Shown: one piece after another, positions 30,372 through 38,937 of the stretch
Layout: each line of letters starts with the position of its first letter
How positions within the stretch are numbered: position 1 is the first letter of the stretch
Source of the DNA: Pseudomonadota bacterium
Lineage (GTDB): Bacteria > Pseudomonadota > Gammaproteobacteria > GCA-002705445 > GCA-002716945
DNA: 64,000 nucleotides
Direction: 5' to 3'
Assembly (NCBI GenBank): GCA_036140295.1
Contig: JAYZYL010000001.1
Location: forward strand, 14,163 to 78,162
Made by a program: the position numbers and the translations under genes
Notes under the pieces: generated by a model
Databases searched by the model: none
The model's input: the letters and a program-made list of their open reading frames with translations, nothing else
Told to the model about the DNA's origin: nothing

Positions 30372-31244
30372 CTAACGAATAACTTCTAACACAGTATCCA
30401 TAACTTCTTCAAGATACAAATCTCTAAACATATGTCCACTACCATCTATTTGAATCAATTCAATATTTTCCTTGTCTAATTTTGTAACTTTGCTGAATGT
30501 AAGATTTGCAATATTATCCTCTGATGCGGTAAAGATATATATAGGTATATCAATTTTATGAAGGGCGCCTATTAAATTTATTTTATTTTGGTAATAGCTC
30601 AAAAAAGTTTTATCATGTACAACAGAATCTTTACAATGAAAAAAGTTAATTTTGGTATAAACTTCTTTTCCCTCACTCATTCTGTTTGACATTTTTAATA
30701 ATTCTGTTTCCAGATCAATATTATGTCTATTTTTAAAGAGTTTAATATGGTCGTTTTTATTTTTAGAAGGAGGAGCCAATAAAAATAAATTTTCTGATCT
30801 TAATTCATTATTTGAAGAATAATACTGAGCTATATTCAATGCGCCACGTGAATGACCTAATAGATAGATATTTTGATATTTATTTTTAATTAAAAATTTG
30901 TGCCACTTATATATTTCCTGCAGAGAAGTTTTCTCGTCATGATTATGTTTTTGATCGCATTCAAAAAAACTATTCTCTCTTTCCTTTATTCCATAACTTA
31001 AATTAATAGACAATGAATCAATATTATTTTCATATAATAGTGTTTTTAAATTTTCAATAATTTCCATTTTTTGATGACCTAAAATACCGTGAACAAGTAG
31101 AACAACATTTTTTTTAGAATTATTCTCTGCAATAGTTAATAATCCATTTAATTTGTGTCCAGACTCATTAATCTGAACTTGTTTTGTTTCTGAAAAAGAA
31201 ATTGACGAAAAAATAAGTAATAAAAAGAATATCTTGGTTCTCAT
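30372..31244 (-). CDS. Secreted alpha/beta-fold hydrolase
   Basis: Signal peptide, LLVHG, nucleophile elbow GHSRG, putative Asp (ASED) and His (GHMF). Confidence 0.8.
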   Translation of the reverse strand: MRTKIFFLLLIFSSISFSETKQVQINESGHKLNGLLTIAENNSKKNVVLLVHGILGHQKMEIIENLKTLLYENNIDSLSINLSYGIKERENSFFECDQKHNHDEKTSLQEIYKWHKFLIKNKYQNIYLLGHSRGALNIAQYYSSNNELRSENLFLLAPPSKNKNDHIKLFKNRHNIDLETELLKMSNRMSEGKEVYTKINFFHCKDSVVHDKTFLSYYQNKINLIGALHKIDIPIYIFTASEDNIANLTFSKVTKLDKENIELIQIDGSGHMFRDLYLEEVMDTVLEVIR

Positions 31245-31258
31245 TTTGTTTCCTCAGA

Positions 31259-31331
31259 TAGGGCGTACAGGATTCGAACCTGTGACAAATGGCTTAAAAG
31301 GCCACTGCTCTACCAACTGAGCTAACGCCCC
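31259..31331 (-). tRNA. tRNA-Lys(TTT), CCA not encoded
   Basis: Reverse complement GGGGCGTTAGCTCAGTTGGTAGAGCAGTGGC-CTTTTAA-GCCAT...GGTTCGAATCCTGTACGCCCTA. Confidence 0.95.
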
Positions 31332-31332
31332 A

Positions 31333-32532
31333 TTATATTTTTTCAAGAGTTCTATACCTATTTGGTATAAGTTTTAAATCAGCCATACTTGACCTAAAAT
31401 GGTCTATAAATGTGTGGTCTTCGTACACTGCGCTATAATACTCTATTTTCATGGTAATTGCTGCACCTATAATAATAGAAATTAATGCTAAAAATGATCC
31501 TAGTGCTAATGTAGAGACTCCTGAAACTCCTTGCCCAATCGTGCATCCAAGCGATAGGACCCCTCCTATACCAATGAGTACACCCCCTATGATATGTCTG
31601 ATAAAATCACGCTTTGTAACAAACCATTCTAATCGAAAATTATTTGAAATAATGGCATACGTAAAAGATCCAAGTATCGTGGCAATTAACGCAGTAACCC
31701 CAAAAGTTAAATAAAATAAATTAGCCCCATTTCCAAAAAAAATTAAGGCTTCCCCCATTGGATTAATGAATGTAAGGGATTGTACTCCTACGCCAGGAAG
31801 TGGTTCATCCATAAATTCAATTGTCTCGATCCACTCTTTTCCAAACTGTCCTCCAGTTAGAAACCAAGCAAGAACTACAACTATTCCAACTGTAAGACCA
31901 GATAAAAAGTTATCACTATTTCTAAAAAAATCACCAGATCTTATAATAAATATTAGAATCATTAAAGAAATGATTGATCCTAATAAAAAATGAAATAGGC
32001 CCCTACTCTCATTCATTAAAAAAATTGAAAAAATTGAACTCAATGATTGATCCTGAATACCCACTTTTGCTAAATCAGGACTAATAGGACTCATCCAGCT
32101 ATGGAATACTAATCCATAAAAATCTGTTCTTGTCATCAAATATGCCATCATCCCCGCGACAATTAATACTACAAAAGATTTTAAATTTCCCCCACCAAAA
32201 CGTATTAGAGTTTTGTTTCCACAGCCACTGGTCAAGGTCATTCCAATACCAAACATCAAACCACCCAAAATATATCGAGGCCAAAAGAAAACAGAGTTTC
32301 TATATGGGATTCTACTTTCATCCAAATTAATAAATTCAATAAACTCTAATATCGAAACACCTAGAACAGCAATAGCAGTTGCTAACATCCATGCTTTAAA
32401 TCTATTCAAATCACCTATGTTCACCCAATCAGATATTGCTCCCATAGTGCAGAAGTTTGTTTTATGAACAATAAAACCAAGGATAAAACCCAAGATACCG
32501 ATATAGATTAATAGTTTTGATGTAATTTCCAT
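31333..32532 (-). CDS. YeeE/YedE family sulfur-compound transporter (TsuA/SoxT-like)
   Basis: Polytopic membrane protein with the family Cys motifs FCTMGA, SGCG and LGCTIGQG. Confidence 0.9.
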   Translation of the reverse strand: MEITSKLLIYIGILGFILGFIVHKTNFCTMGAISDWVNIGDLNRFKAWMLATAIAVLGVSILEFIEFINLDESRIPYRNSVFFWPRYILGGLMFGIGMTLTSGCGNKTLIRFGGGNLKSFVVLIVAGMMAYLMTRTDFYGLVFHSWMSPISPDLAKVGIQDQSLSSIFSIFLMNESRGLFHFLLGSIISLMILIFIIRSGDFFRNSDNFLSGLTVGIVVVLAWFLTGGQFGKEWIETIEFMDEPLPGVGVQSLTFINPMGEALIFFGNGANLFYLTFGVTALIATILGSFTYAIISNNFRLEWFVTKRDFIRHIIGGVLIGIGGVLSLGCTIGQGVSGVSTLALGSFLALISIIIGAAITMKIEYYSAVYEDHTFIDHFRSSMADLKLIPNRYRTLEKI

Positions 32533-32570
32533 TTCTATGATTATTATATTAGCATACGTTAATATAAACT

Positions 32571-33263
32571 TTATAATTTTTCAATTTTTTTATACTGCGT
32601 TGGATCCTCAATATTAGCGTCTAAAAAACCTTGTTTTCTAAACCTGCATGCATCACAAACTCCGCAAGCCTGACCTTTTTTGTTTGGTGAATAGCATGAT
32701 AGGGTTTTTGAGTAATCAATATTTAATTTTTTGCCTTTTTTAATAATTTCAACTTTAGACATATTAATTAAGGGGGTATGTAATTTTATTTTTTCCCCCT
32801 CTACTCCTGTTTTTGTTCCCAAATTAATCATTTCTTCAAAAGCTCTGATATATTCTGGTCGACAATCTGGATAACCAGAATAATCAATTTGGTTAACTCC
32901 TAAGAAAATATTATAGATTTGAAGAATTTCTGCAAAAGAGGATGCTATTGATAAAAAGATAGTATTTCTTGCAGGAACATATGTTATTGGGATTCCATCG
33001 GTAGGTGTATTTGGTACCAAGATTTTTTTATCTGTTAAAGCTGATCCACCAATAACAGACAAATCAAAATCAAATATCTTAGAATCAATATCAGGATAAT
33101 CTTCTAAAAAAGATTTGCTTGCTTCAATTTCATGCAAATGTCTTTGATGATAATTAATGGTGAGAGTTGTACAATGAAACCCTTCAGATCTTGCTATCAT
33201 CAATGCAGTTGCAGAATCAAGACCCCCGGAAAATAAAACAAGTGCTTTTTTATTATTTTCCAC
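32571..33263 (-). CDS. queC: 7-cyano-7-deazaguanine synthase
   Basis: SGGLDS, TYVPARNTIFL, GYPDCRPE, CGVCDACRFR. Confidence 0.97.
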   Translation of the reverse strand: MENNKKALVLFSGGLDSATALMIARSEGFHCTTLTINYHQRHLHEIEASKSFLEDYPDIDSKIFDFDLSVIGGSALTDKKILVPNTPTDGIPITYVPARNTIFLSIASSFAEILQIYNIFLGVNQIDYSGYPDCRPEYIRAFEEMINLGTKTGVEGEKIKLHTPLINMSKVEIIKKGKKLNIDYSKTLSCYSPNKKGQACGVCDACRFRKQGFLDANIEDPTQYKKIEKL

Positions 33264-33900
33264 GTTTTTCTCCCCATATAAACTTGTGAAGTTGGATTTG
33301 TAATCGTACAGGAAGAGAATCTTTCAAGATCTTTTCAGCTAAAACCTCTGTATTCATTTTTTCATAACAAGGGGAAAACAGAATTTCACATCTATTAAAT
33401 AATTTATATTTTTTAATATATTCTTTTGACCACTCGTAGTCAGTTTGATTACAAATTACAAATTTTATTTGATCATTAGGTTTAAGAAAGTCAAAATTCT
33501 TAATTAGATTCTTCTTGCTTTCTCCAGAACCAGGTGTTTTTACATCTAAAACTATAATAACTCTTTTATCAATTAAACTTATATCTAAAGCATTACTAGT
33601 TTCAATTGACACAGAAAAAGAATTATCACATAAAGTTTTTAAAAAACTGATCACATTAGTTTGGGACAATGGCTCTCCACCTGTTACCATGATTTCTCTA
33701 CAGTTAAATGAATTGATTTCATTAAAAATTTTTTTAAAATCCATTTTACTTCCCTCATGAAAAGCATATTCTGTATCACAATAAGTACATCTTAATGGAC
33801 ATCCAGTGAGTCTAATGAAAGTAGTCGGTTTCCCTGAGTATAAACCCTCTCCTTGAATAGAATAAAAAATTTCATTTATTATTAAATTGTCTGTACTCAT
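33253..33900 (-). CDS. queE: 7-carboxy-7-deazaguanine synthase (radical SAM)
   Basis: EIFYSIQGEG, GCPLRCTYCDT, TGGEPL, QLHK. Confidence 0.96.
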   Translation of the reverse strand: MSTDNLIINEIFYSIQGEGLYSGKPTTFIRLTGCPLRCTYCDTEYAFHEGSKMDFKKIFNEINSFNCREIMVTGGEPLSQTNVISFLKTLCDNSFSVSIETSNALDISLIDKRVIIVLDVKTPGSGESKKNLIKNFDFLKPNDQIKFVICNQTDYEWSKEYIKKYKLFNRCEILFSPCYEKMNTEVLAEKILKDSLPVRLQIQLHKFIWGEKRGK

Positions 33901-34394
33901 ATGCTGGATATAGTTTCAGGGTTTTCTTTTAAAATTATTCCATGGCATATTGCAACAGCTAATGCATCAGAGGCATCTAGTTCCAAATTTCTTCTTATTT
34001 TTAGAATCCTTTTAACTTTTTTTTGTAATTCAGTTTTATCTGAAGCTCCATTTCCAGTAATAATTAATTTAACTTTTCTGGGACTATATTCATATATTTC
34101 ACAACTACGAACACTGCAAGCAGCCAAAGCTGCTCCTCTTGCTTGACCAAGTTTAATTGCCGTTGCAGCATTTACACTAAAAAAAACTGATTCTATTGCA
34201 ACTTGTTCGGGCTTATATTGCTTTATTACCTTTTCAACTGTTGTGTTTATTGAAGCTAATTTATGTGAATATTTATTTTTTATTCCTGTCTTTAATGCTT
34301 CATGGTAAATATATTTGATGATTGAATCATCTACGTCAATTATGCCTATTCCTGTTATATTTGTTCCTGGATCAATACCTAATATTCGCAACAT
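33897..34394 (-). CDS. ruvC: Crossover junction endodeoxyribonuclease RuvC
   Basis: ILGIDPG, AIESVF, LGQARG, EYSPRKVK, DASDALAVA. Confidence 0.96.
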   Translation of the reverse strand: MLRILGIDPGTNITGIGIIDVDDSIIKYIYHEALKTGIKNKYSHKLASINTTVEKVIKQYKPEQVAIESVFFSVNAATAIKLGQARGAALAACSVRSCEIYEYSPRKVKLIITGNGASDKTELQKKVKRILKIRRNLELDASDALAVAICHGIILKENPETISSI

Positions 34395-34402
34395 ATTTTC
34401 AC

Positions 34403-35116
34403 TTATTTAAGATTTGCATTCATATATATATTTTGTACATCATCAATATCTTCTAGAGCTAAAAAAAGATTATTAATCTTCACTTGCTGTTCTTTATCTA
34501 CTGAAACTGTTAAAACAGGATCCATTATTATTTCTTCATCTTCAACTGAAATAGACTTTTGTTCAAAATATTTCTTTGTGTCAAATAAATTATTTGGATT
34601 TGTAAATAATATACAATCTTCATTAATTATTTCAAAATCAATCAAGCTGATATTTTCCATGTGTGATAATAACTCATCCTCAGAGATATCCAATACTTTT
34701 ATAATTCCAGTTTTCTTAAAGAGGTGTGAGACAGAGCCATTTGTACCGAGACTTCCACCATGTTTTGTTAATGTATGCCTTAATTCAGAAACTGTTCTGT
34801 TTTTATTATCAGTAAGACATTCCATAATAACTGCAATTCCATTTGGCCCATAACCCTCATATGTGATTTCCTCAATTTGATCATTATTTTGACCAGAAGC
34901 TTTTTTTATTGCTCTTGCAACAGTGTCTTTTGGAACATTTGATGCATTTGCCTTAGAAACTGCAAGTCTAAGTTTAGAATTGTTTGATACATCAGCTCCT
35001 CCAAGTTTTGCTGCGACAGTGATTTCTCTAATTACTTTCGTAAAAACTTTACCCCTTTTACTGTCTTGAGCTTTTTTACGATGCTGTATATTTGCCCACT
35101 TGCTATGTCCTGCCAT
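34403..35116 (-). CDS. yebC: YebC/PmpR family protein
   Basis: MAGHSKWANIQHRK, YEGYGP, TDNKNRT. Confidence 0.97.
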   Translation of the reverse strand: MAGHSKWANIQHRKKAQDSKRGKVFTKVIREITVAAKLGGADVSNNSKLRLAVSKANASNVPKDTVARAIKKASGQNNDQIEEITYEGYGPNGIAVIMECLTDNKNRTVSELRHTLTKHGGSLGTNGSVSHLFKKTGIIKVLDISEDELLSHMENISLIDFEIINEDCILFTNPNNLFDTKKYFEQKSISVEDEEIIMDPVLTVSVDKEQQVKINNLFLALEDIDDVQNIYMNANLK

Positions 35117-35122
35117 AATTTA

Positions 35123-36106
35123 TTAAGATGCTTTGTTGATTGTATAATTATCTTTAAAATTAACCATCCTCTCAATCGGTAGTTTTGCATTTTCAATTAT
35201 TTGTTCATCTAGTTTAATTTCATTAGTTGGATTGTTAAAAACATTTAAAAGTTTATTTAATGTATTCATATTCATCCATGGGCATCTTCCACAACTCTTA
35301 CATGTTGCTCCATCTCCTTCTGTTGGGGCTTCAAAAAATATCTTCTCGGGAGAAAATTTTTTCATCTGGTAGAGAATTCCTTTTTCAGTTGCAACAATAA
35401 TATATTTTTTTCTACTCTTTTTTGAAAACTCTATGAGTTTGGTAGTAGAGCCGACTACATCTGCAAGTTGAATAATACTTCTTGGTGACTCAGGGTGGAC
35501 CAAAATATCACAATCTGGATATTTATTTTTTAATTTAATTAAGGATTTAGTTTTATATTCTTCATGTACAACACACGAACCATCCCAAAGTATCATATCT
35601 GCTCCTGTTTGGTCAATAATGTATTGCCCTAGATATTTGTCAGGTGCCCAAATTATTTTCTTTCCCATAGACGTTAAGTATTCTATTAAACTTACAGCCA
35701 TGCTCGAAGTTACAACCCAATCAGAGATGGCTTTAACTTGTGCGCTTGTATTTGCATAAACAACACGCTCATGATCAGGGTATCTCTCACAAAAGTTTCT
35801 AAAATTATCAGATGGGCAACTTGTATCTAATGAGCATGTTGCATCCATATCAATCATTAAAATTCTTTTCTCTGAGTTTAAGATCTTTGCAGTTTCTCCC
35901 ATAAATCGAACACCCGCAACAATTAAGGTTGATTGAGTTTGTTTCGAACCAAATTTTGCCATTTGTAGACTGTCGCTAACGAAACCACCAGTATCTTCAG
36001 CTAGCCTTTGAATTATCTCATCAACATAATAATGTGCAATTATCTTTGCATTATTCTCATTAAGTAATCTTTTTAATTTTTTTAAAATATCTTTATAAGT
36101 TTTCAT
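35123..36106 (-). CDS. nadA: Quinolinate synthase
   Basis: IIAHYY, GVRFMGETAKIL, TCSLD, YANTSA, VHPES, CPWM. Confidence 0.96.
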   Translation of the reverse strand: MKTYKDILKKLKRLLNENNAKIIAHYYVDEIIQRLAEDTGGFVSDSLQMAKFGSKQTQSTLIVAGVRFMGETAKILNSEKRILMIDMDATCSLDTSCPSDNFRNFCERYPDHERVVYANTSAQVKAISDWVVTSSMAVSLIEYLTSMGKKIIWAPDKYLGQYIIDQTGADMILWDGSCVVHEEYKTKSLIKLKNKYPDCDILVHPESPRSIIQLADVVGSTTKLIEFSKKSRKKYIIVATEKGILYQMKKFSPEKIFFEAPTEGDGATCKSCGRCPWMNMNTLNKLLNVFNNPTNEIKLDEQIIENAKLPIERMVNFKDNYTINKAS

Positions 36107-36152
36107 TTTTCTACTCTATTAATATTGTCTTATATGATAGCAATTCAATCAA

Positions 36153-37919
36153 TTATTTATTTTTGAGTACTGTTAATGCAAGCTCTTTTAATTGTTCTTT
36201 AGTTATATCTGAGGGAGCTTCGGTAAGTGGGCATGAAGTTGATTGAGTTTTTGGGAAAGCTATTACATCTCTTATTGACTTTAGTCCTAAAAGGATCATA
36301 ACTATTCTATCAATTCCAAAGGCAATCCCTCCATGTGGTGGGCATCCAAATTCAAGCGCATCTAAGAAAAATCCAAATTTATTTTTTATCTCAACCTCAG
36401 AAATCTCTAATGCCTTAAATACTTTTGATTGCAGTTCTTTTGAATGTATTCGTATTGATCCTCCTCCAATTTCATTACCATTTAAGACAAGATCATAGGC
36501 CCTTGACTCCAAGGATGTTAAGTCATCTTTATCTATCTCTTTAGGATTCATAGGTGACGTAAAGGGATGATGGACTGACATTAATCTTTGAGTTTGAATG
36601 TCTTTTTCAAACAATGGATAGCCCACAATCCAAACAAATTCCCATGTATCACTGAGCAAATTCATATCAGTCCCTAGCTGTTCTATTAATGCTGACATTG
36701 AATCATTTACAATTTTCTGGTCATCTGCTGAAAAAAATATTAGATCATTACTTTGTGCTTCTGTTTTTTCAAGAATTTTTTTAACGACATTATTTCCTAT
36801 AAATTTCTTAATTGGGGAAACAATTCCTCGATCAATATCAGTAGTGTCCTCACATTTGATGTATGCTAATCCTTTTGCTCCAAATTCCTTTACTAAATCT
36901 GTATAAGTATCAATATCCTTTCTACTTAATGAACAACCATTAGGAATTCTTAAAGCAACAATTTTTGAATCAGCATTATTCAAATGGTCAGAAAATACTT
37001 TAAACTCAACATTTTTAACTAATTCTTTTATATCGCAAAGAACCAAAGGGTTTCTTAAATCTGGTTTATCACAACCATACCTCTCCATTGCTTCAGAAAA
37101 TTTCATTCGCTTAAATTCTAGATTGGTAGTTTTATGAAATAAGTCATTAAAAATATCACTAAAAAGTTCTTCACATAGTTTTATGACATCTTCTTCATTG
37201 ACAAAAGACATCTCCACATCTAGCTGTGTAAATTCTGGCTGTCTATCTGCTCTCAAATCTTCATCTCGAAAGCATTTTGCAATTTGAAAATATTTGTTTA
37301 AGCCTCCAATCATAAGGGTCTGTTTAAATAATTGTGGAGATTGAGGTAATGCAAAAAACTTATTTCTATGAACTCTACTTGGAACTAAATAGTCTCTAGC
37401 TCCCTCTGGAGTTGTTTTTGTCAGTATTGGGGTTTCAACATCAACAAAATCTTTTTTGTAAAAAAACTTTCTGATACATTCAATTAATTTTGATCTAAAT
37501 CTTAGGTTTTTTTGCATGAAATCGCTTCTAATATCTAAATAACGATATTGTAGCCTCTGTTCCTCATTTATATTTTCATCATTTATTTTAATTGGAGGTG
37601 TTTTAGCCTTATTTAAAATTTCAAGTTCTGATATATTTATTTCAAATTTACCTGTCTCTAATTCATTGTTTATCTTTTCCTTGGGTCTAGTCGAAATTGT
37701 GCCTTTAACTTCTAAAACAAATTCATTTCTTATTGATTCAGCAATTTTAAAGACTGATTTATTATCTGGATGAAATACAAGCTGAACTATACCAGTATAG
37801 TCTCTTAAATCTACAAAAATCACTCCTCCGTGGTCTCTGCGTGTAGCAACCCATCCTCTCATGGTCACTTCTTTATCTAGAAGTGCTTCCTTTATATCTG
37901 AACATGTATATTTTTTCAT
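36153..37919 (-). CDS. aspS: Aspartyl-tRNA synthetase
   Basis: RRDHGGVIF, PEGARDY, LPQSPQLFKQ, FRDEDLRADRQPEFTQ, PPHGG, FPKT. Confidence 0.98.
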   Translation of the reverse strand: MKKYTCSDIKEALLDKEVTMRGWVATRRDHGGVIFVDLRDYTGIVQLVFHPDNKSVFKIAESIRNEFVLEVKGTISTRPKEKINNELETGKFEINISELEILNKAKTPPIKINDENINEEQRLQYRYLDIRSDFMQKNLRFRSKLIECIRKFFYKKDFVDVETPILTKTTPEGARDYLVPSRVHRNKFFALPQSPQLFKQTLMIGGLNKYFQIAKCFRDEDLRADRQPEFTQLDVEMSFVNEEDVIKLCEELFSDIFNDLFHKTTNLEFKRMKFSEAMERYGCDKPDLRNPLVLCDIKELVKNVEFKVFSDHLNNADSKIVALRIPNGCSLSRKDIDTYTDLVKEFGAKGLAYIKCEDTTDIDRGIVSPIKKFIGNNVVKKILEKTEAQSNDLIFFSADDQKIVNDSMSALIEQLGTDMNLLSDTWEFVWIVGYPLFEKDIQTQRLMSVHHPFTSPMNPKEIDKDDLTSLESRAYDLVLNGNEIGGGSIRIHSKELQSKVFKALEISEVEIKNKFGFFLDALEFGCPPHGGIAFGIDRIVMILLGLKSIRDVIAFPKTQSTSCPLTEAPSDITKEQLKELALTVLKNK

Positions 37920-37923
37920 TTAA

Positions 37924-38187
37924 TTATTTTAAAGACTTCGCTTGTTCTTTATTTGCTTTAGTTTGATCTTTACCAACTGACCTTTCCTTCTTTTTGTTAT
38001 TCTTAAAGTCTGTTGCATACCAACCTGAACCCTTTAATCTAAATCCTGACGAAGATACCAATTTTTCCACGTTAGTAGTTTTGCCGCATGTCTGACAAGC
38101 CATTTTCTCTAACTTTCCATCAGAAATTTTTTGAAATATTTCAAAAATTGAACCACAAACTTGACATTTATACTCATAAATAGGCAT
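37924..38187 (-). CDS. FmdB family zinc-ribbon protein
   Basis: MPIYEYKCQVCG...CQTCG...GFRLKGSGWYATDF. Confidence 0.92.
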   Translation of the reverse strand: MPIYEYKCQVCGSIFEIFQKISDGKLEKMACQTCGKTTNVEKLVSSSGFRLKGSGWYATDFKNNKKKERSVGKDQTKANKEQAKSLK

Positions 38188-38261
38188 AACTAAAATTAAT
38201 TATAGCTTGATACTTATCATCATTATATAGAAAATTGGCGTTTTATCTCTTATAAATTTAG

Positions 38262-38270
38262 TGCTATAAT
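38262..38270 (+). promoter_or_regulatory. Extended -10 (TGCTATAAT) for the cytochrome c pair
   Basis: Perfect TGnTATAAT 17 nt upstream of the ATG at 38288. Confidence 0.55.
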
Positions 38271-38287
38271 GCTGACTAATTTATTAT

Positions 38288-38608
38288 ATGAAATTTATAA
38301 AATCAATTCAGTTTCTAGCAATCTTAATAATTTTTTGTGCCACAGAAGTATTTGCTGATAACAATATTCTTGCTGGCAAACAAAAGTCTGAAACATGTCT
38401 AGGGTGTCATGCAGTACCTGGATATAATAACGTTTACCCCACCTATAAAGTTCCAAAATTAGGTGGTCAACATTCAGATTATATAAAATCTGCATTGAAG
38501 TCTTATCAGAAATTAGAAAGAGGTCATAATACAATGCATGCAAATGCAAAAGGTTTAACTGATGAAGATATTGATCAAATAGCTAAATATTTTGAGTCTA
38601 TACAATGA
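38288..38608 (+). CDS. Monoheme class I cytochrome c (c4/c553-like)
   Basis: Signal peptide, CLGCH, PKLGGQ, distal Met in TMHANA. Confidence 0.9.
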   Translation: MKFIKSIQFLAILIIFCATEVFADNNILAGKQKSETCLGCHAVPGYNNVYPTYKVPKLGGQHSDYIKSALKSYQKLERGHNTMHANAKGLTDEDIDQIAKYFESIQ

Positions 38609-38937
38609 TAAAAAATTACTTAAAAATATTTGGTTGCTTTTTTGTTTTATTTTCTACTTCAATTTATGCTGATGGTAATTATAATCTTGGAAAAGAAAAA
38701 TCTCAAACCTGTGTTGCTTGCCATGGAATAGATGGAAATTCAGATAATAAGCTTTACCCTCGTTTGGCTGGTCAATACCAAAATTACTTAATATATTCTC
38801 TTCGTTCATATAAAAATGGTACAAGGAAAAATGCTATTATGAATGGTTTTGCAGCAACATTATCCGATAAAGACATCAAGGATATATCTAAATATTTTTC
38901 TGAACAAAAAGGCCTGAAGGTGCTTCCTTCAAATTAA
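38605..38937 (+). CDS. Monoheme class I cytochrome c (c4/c553-like)
   Basis: Signal peptide, CVACHG, PRLAGQ, distal Met in IMNGFA; 4-nt overlap with the upstream cytochrome gene. Confidence 0.9.
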   Translation: MIKNYLKIFGCFFVLFSTSIYADGNYNLGKEKSQTCVACHGIDGNSDNKLYPRLAGQYQNYLIYSLRSYKNGTRKNAIMNGFAATLSDKDIKDISKYFSEQKGLKVLPSN

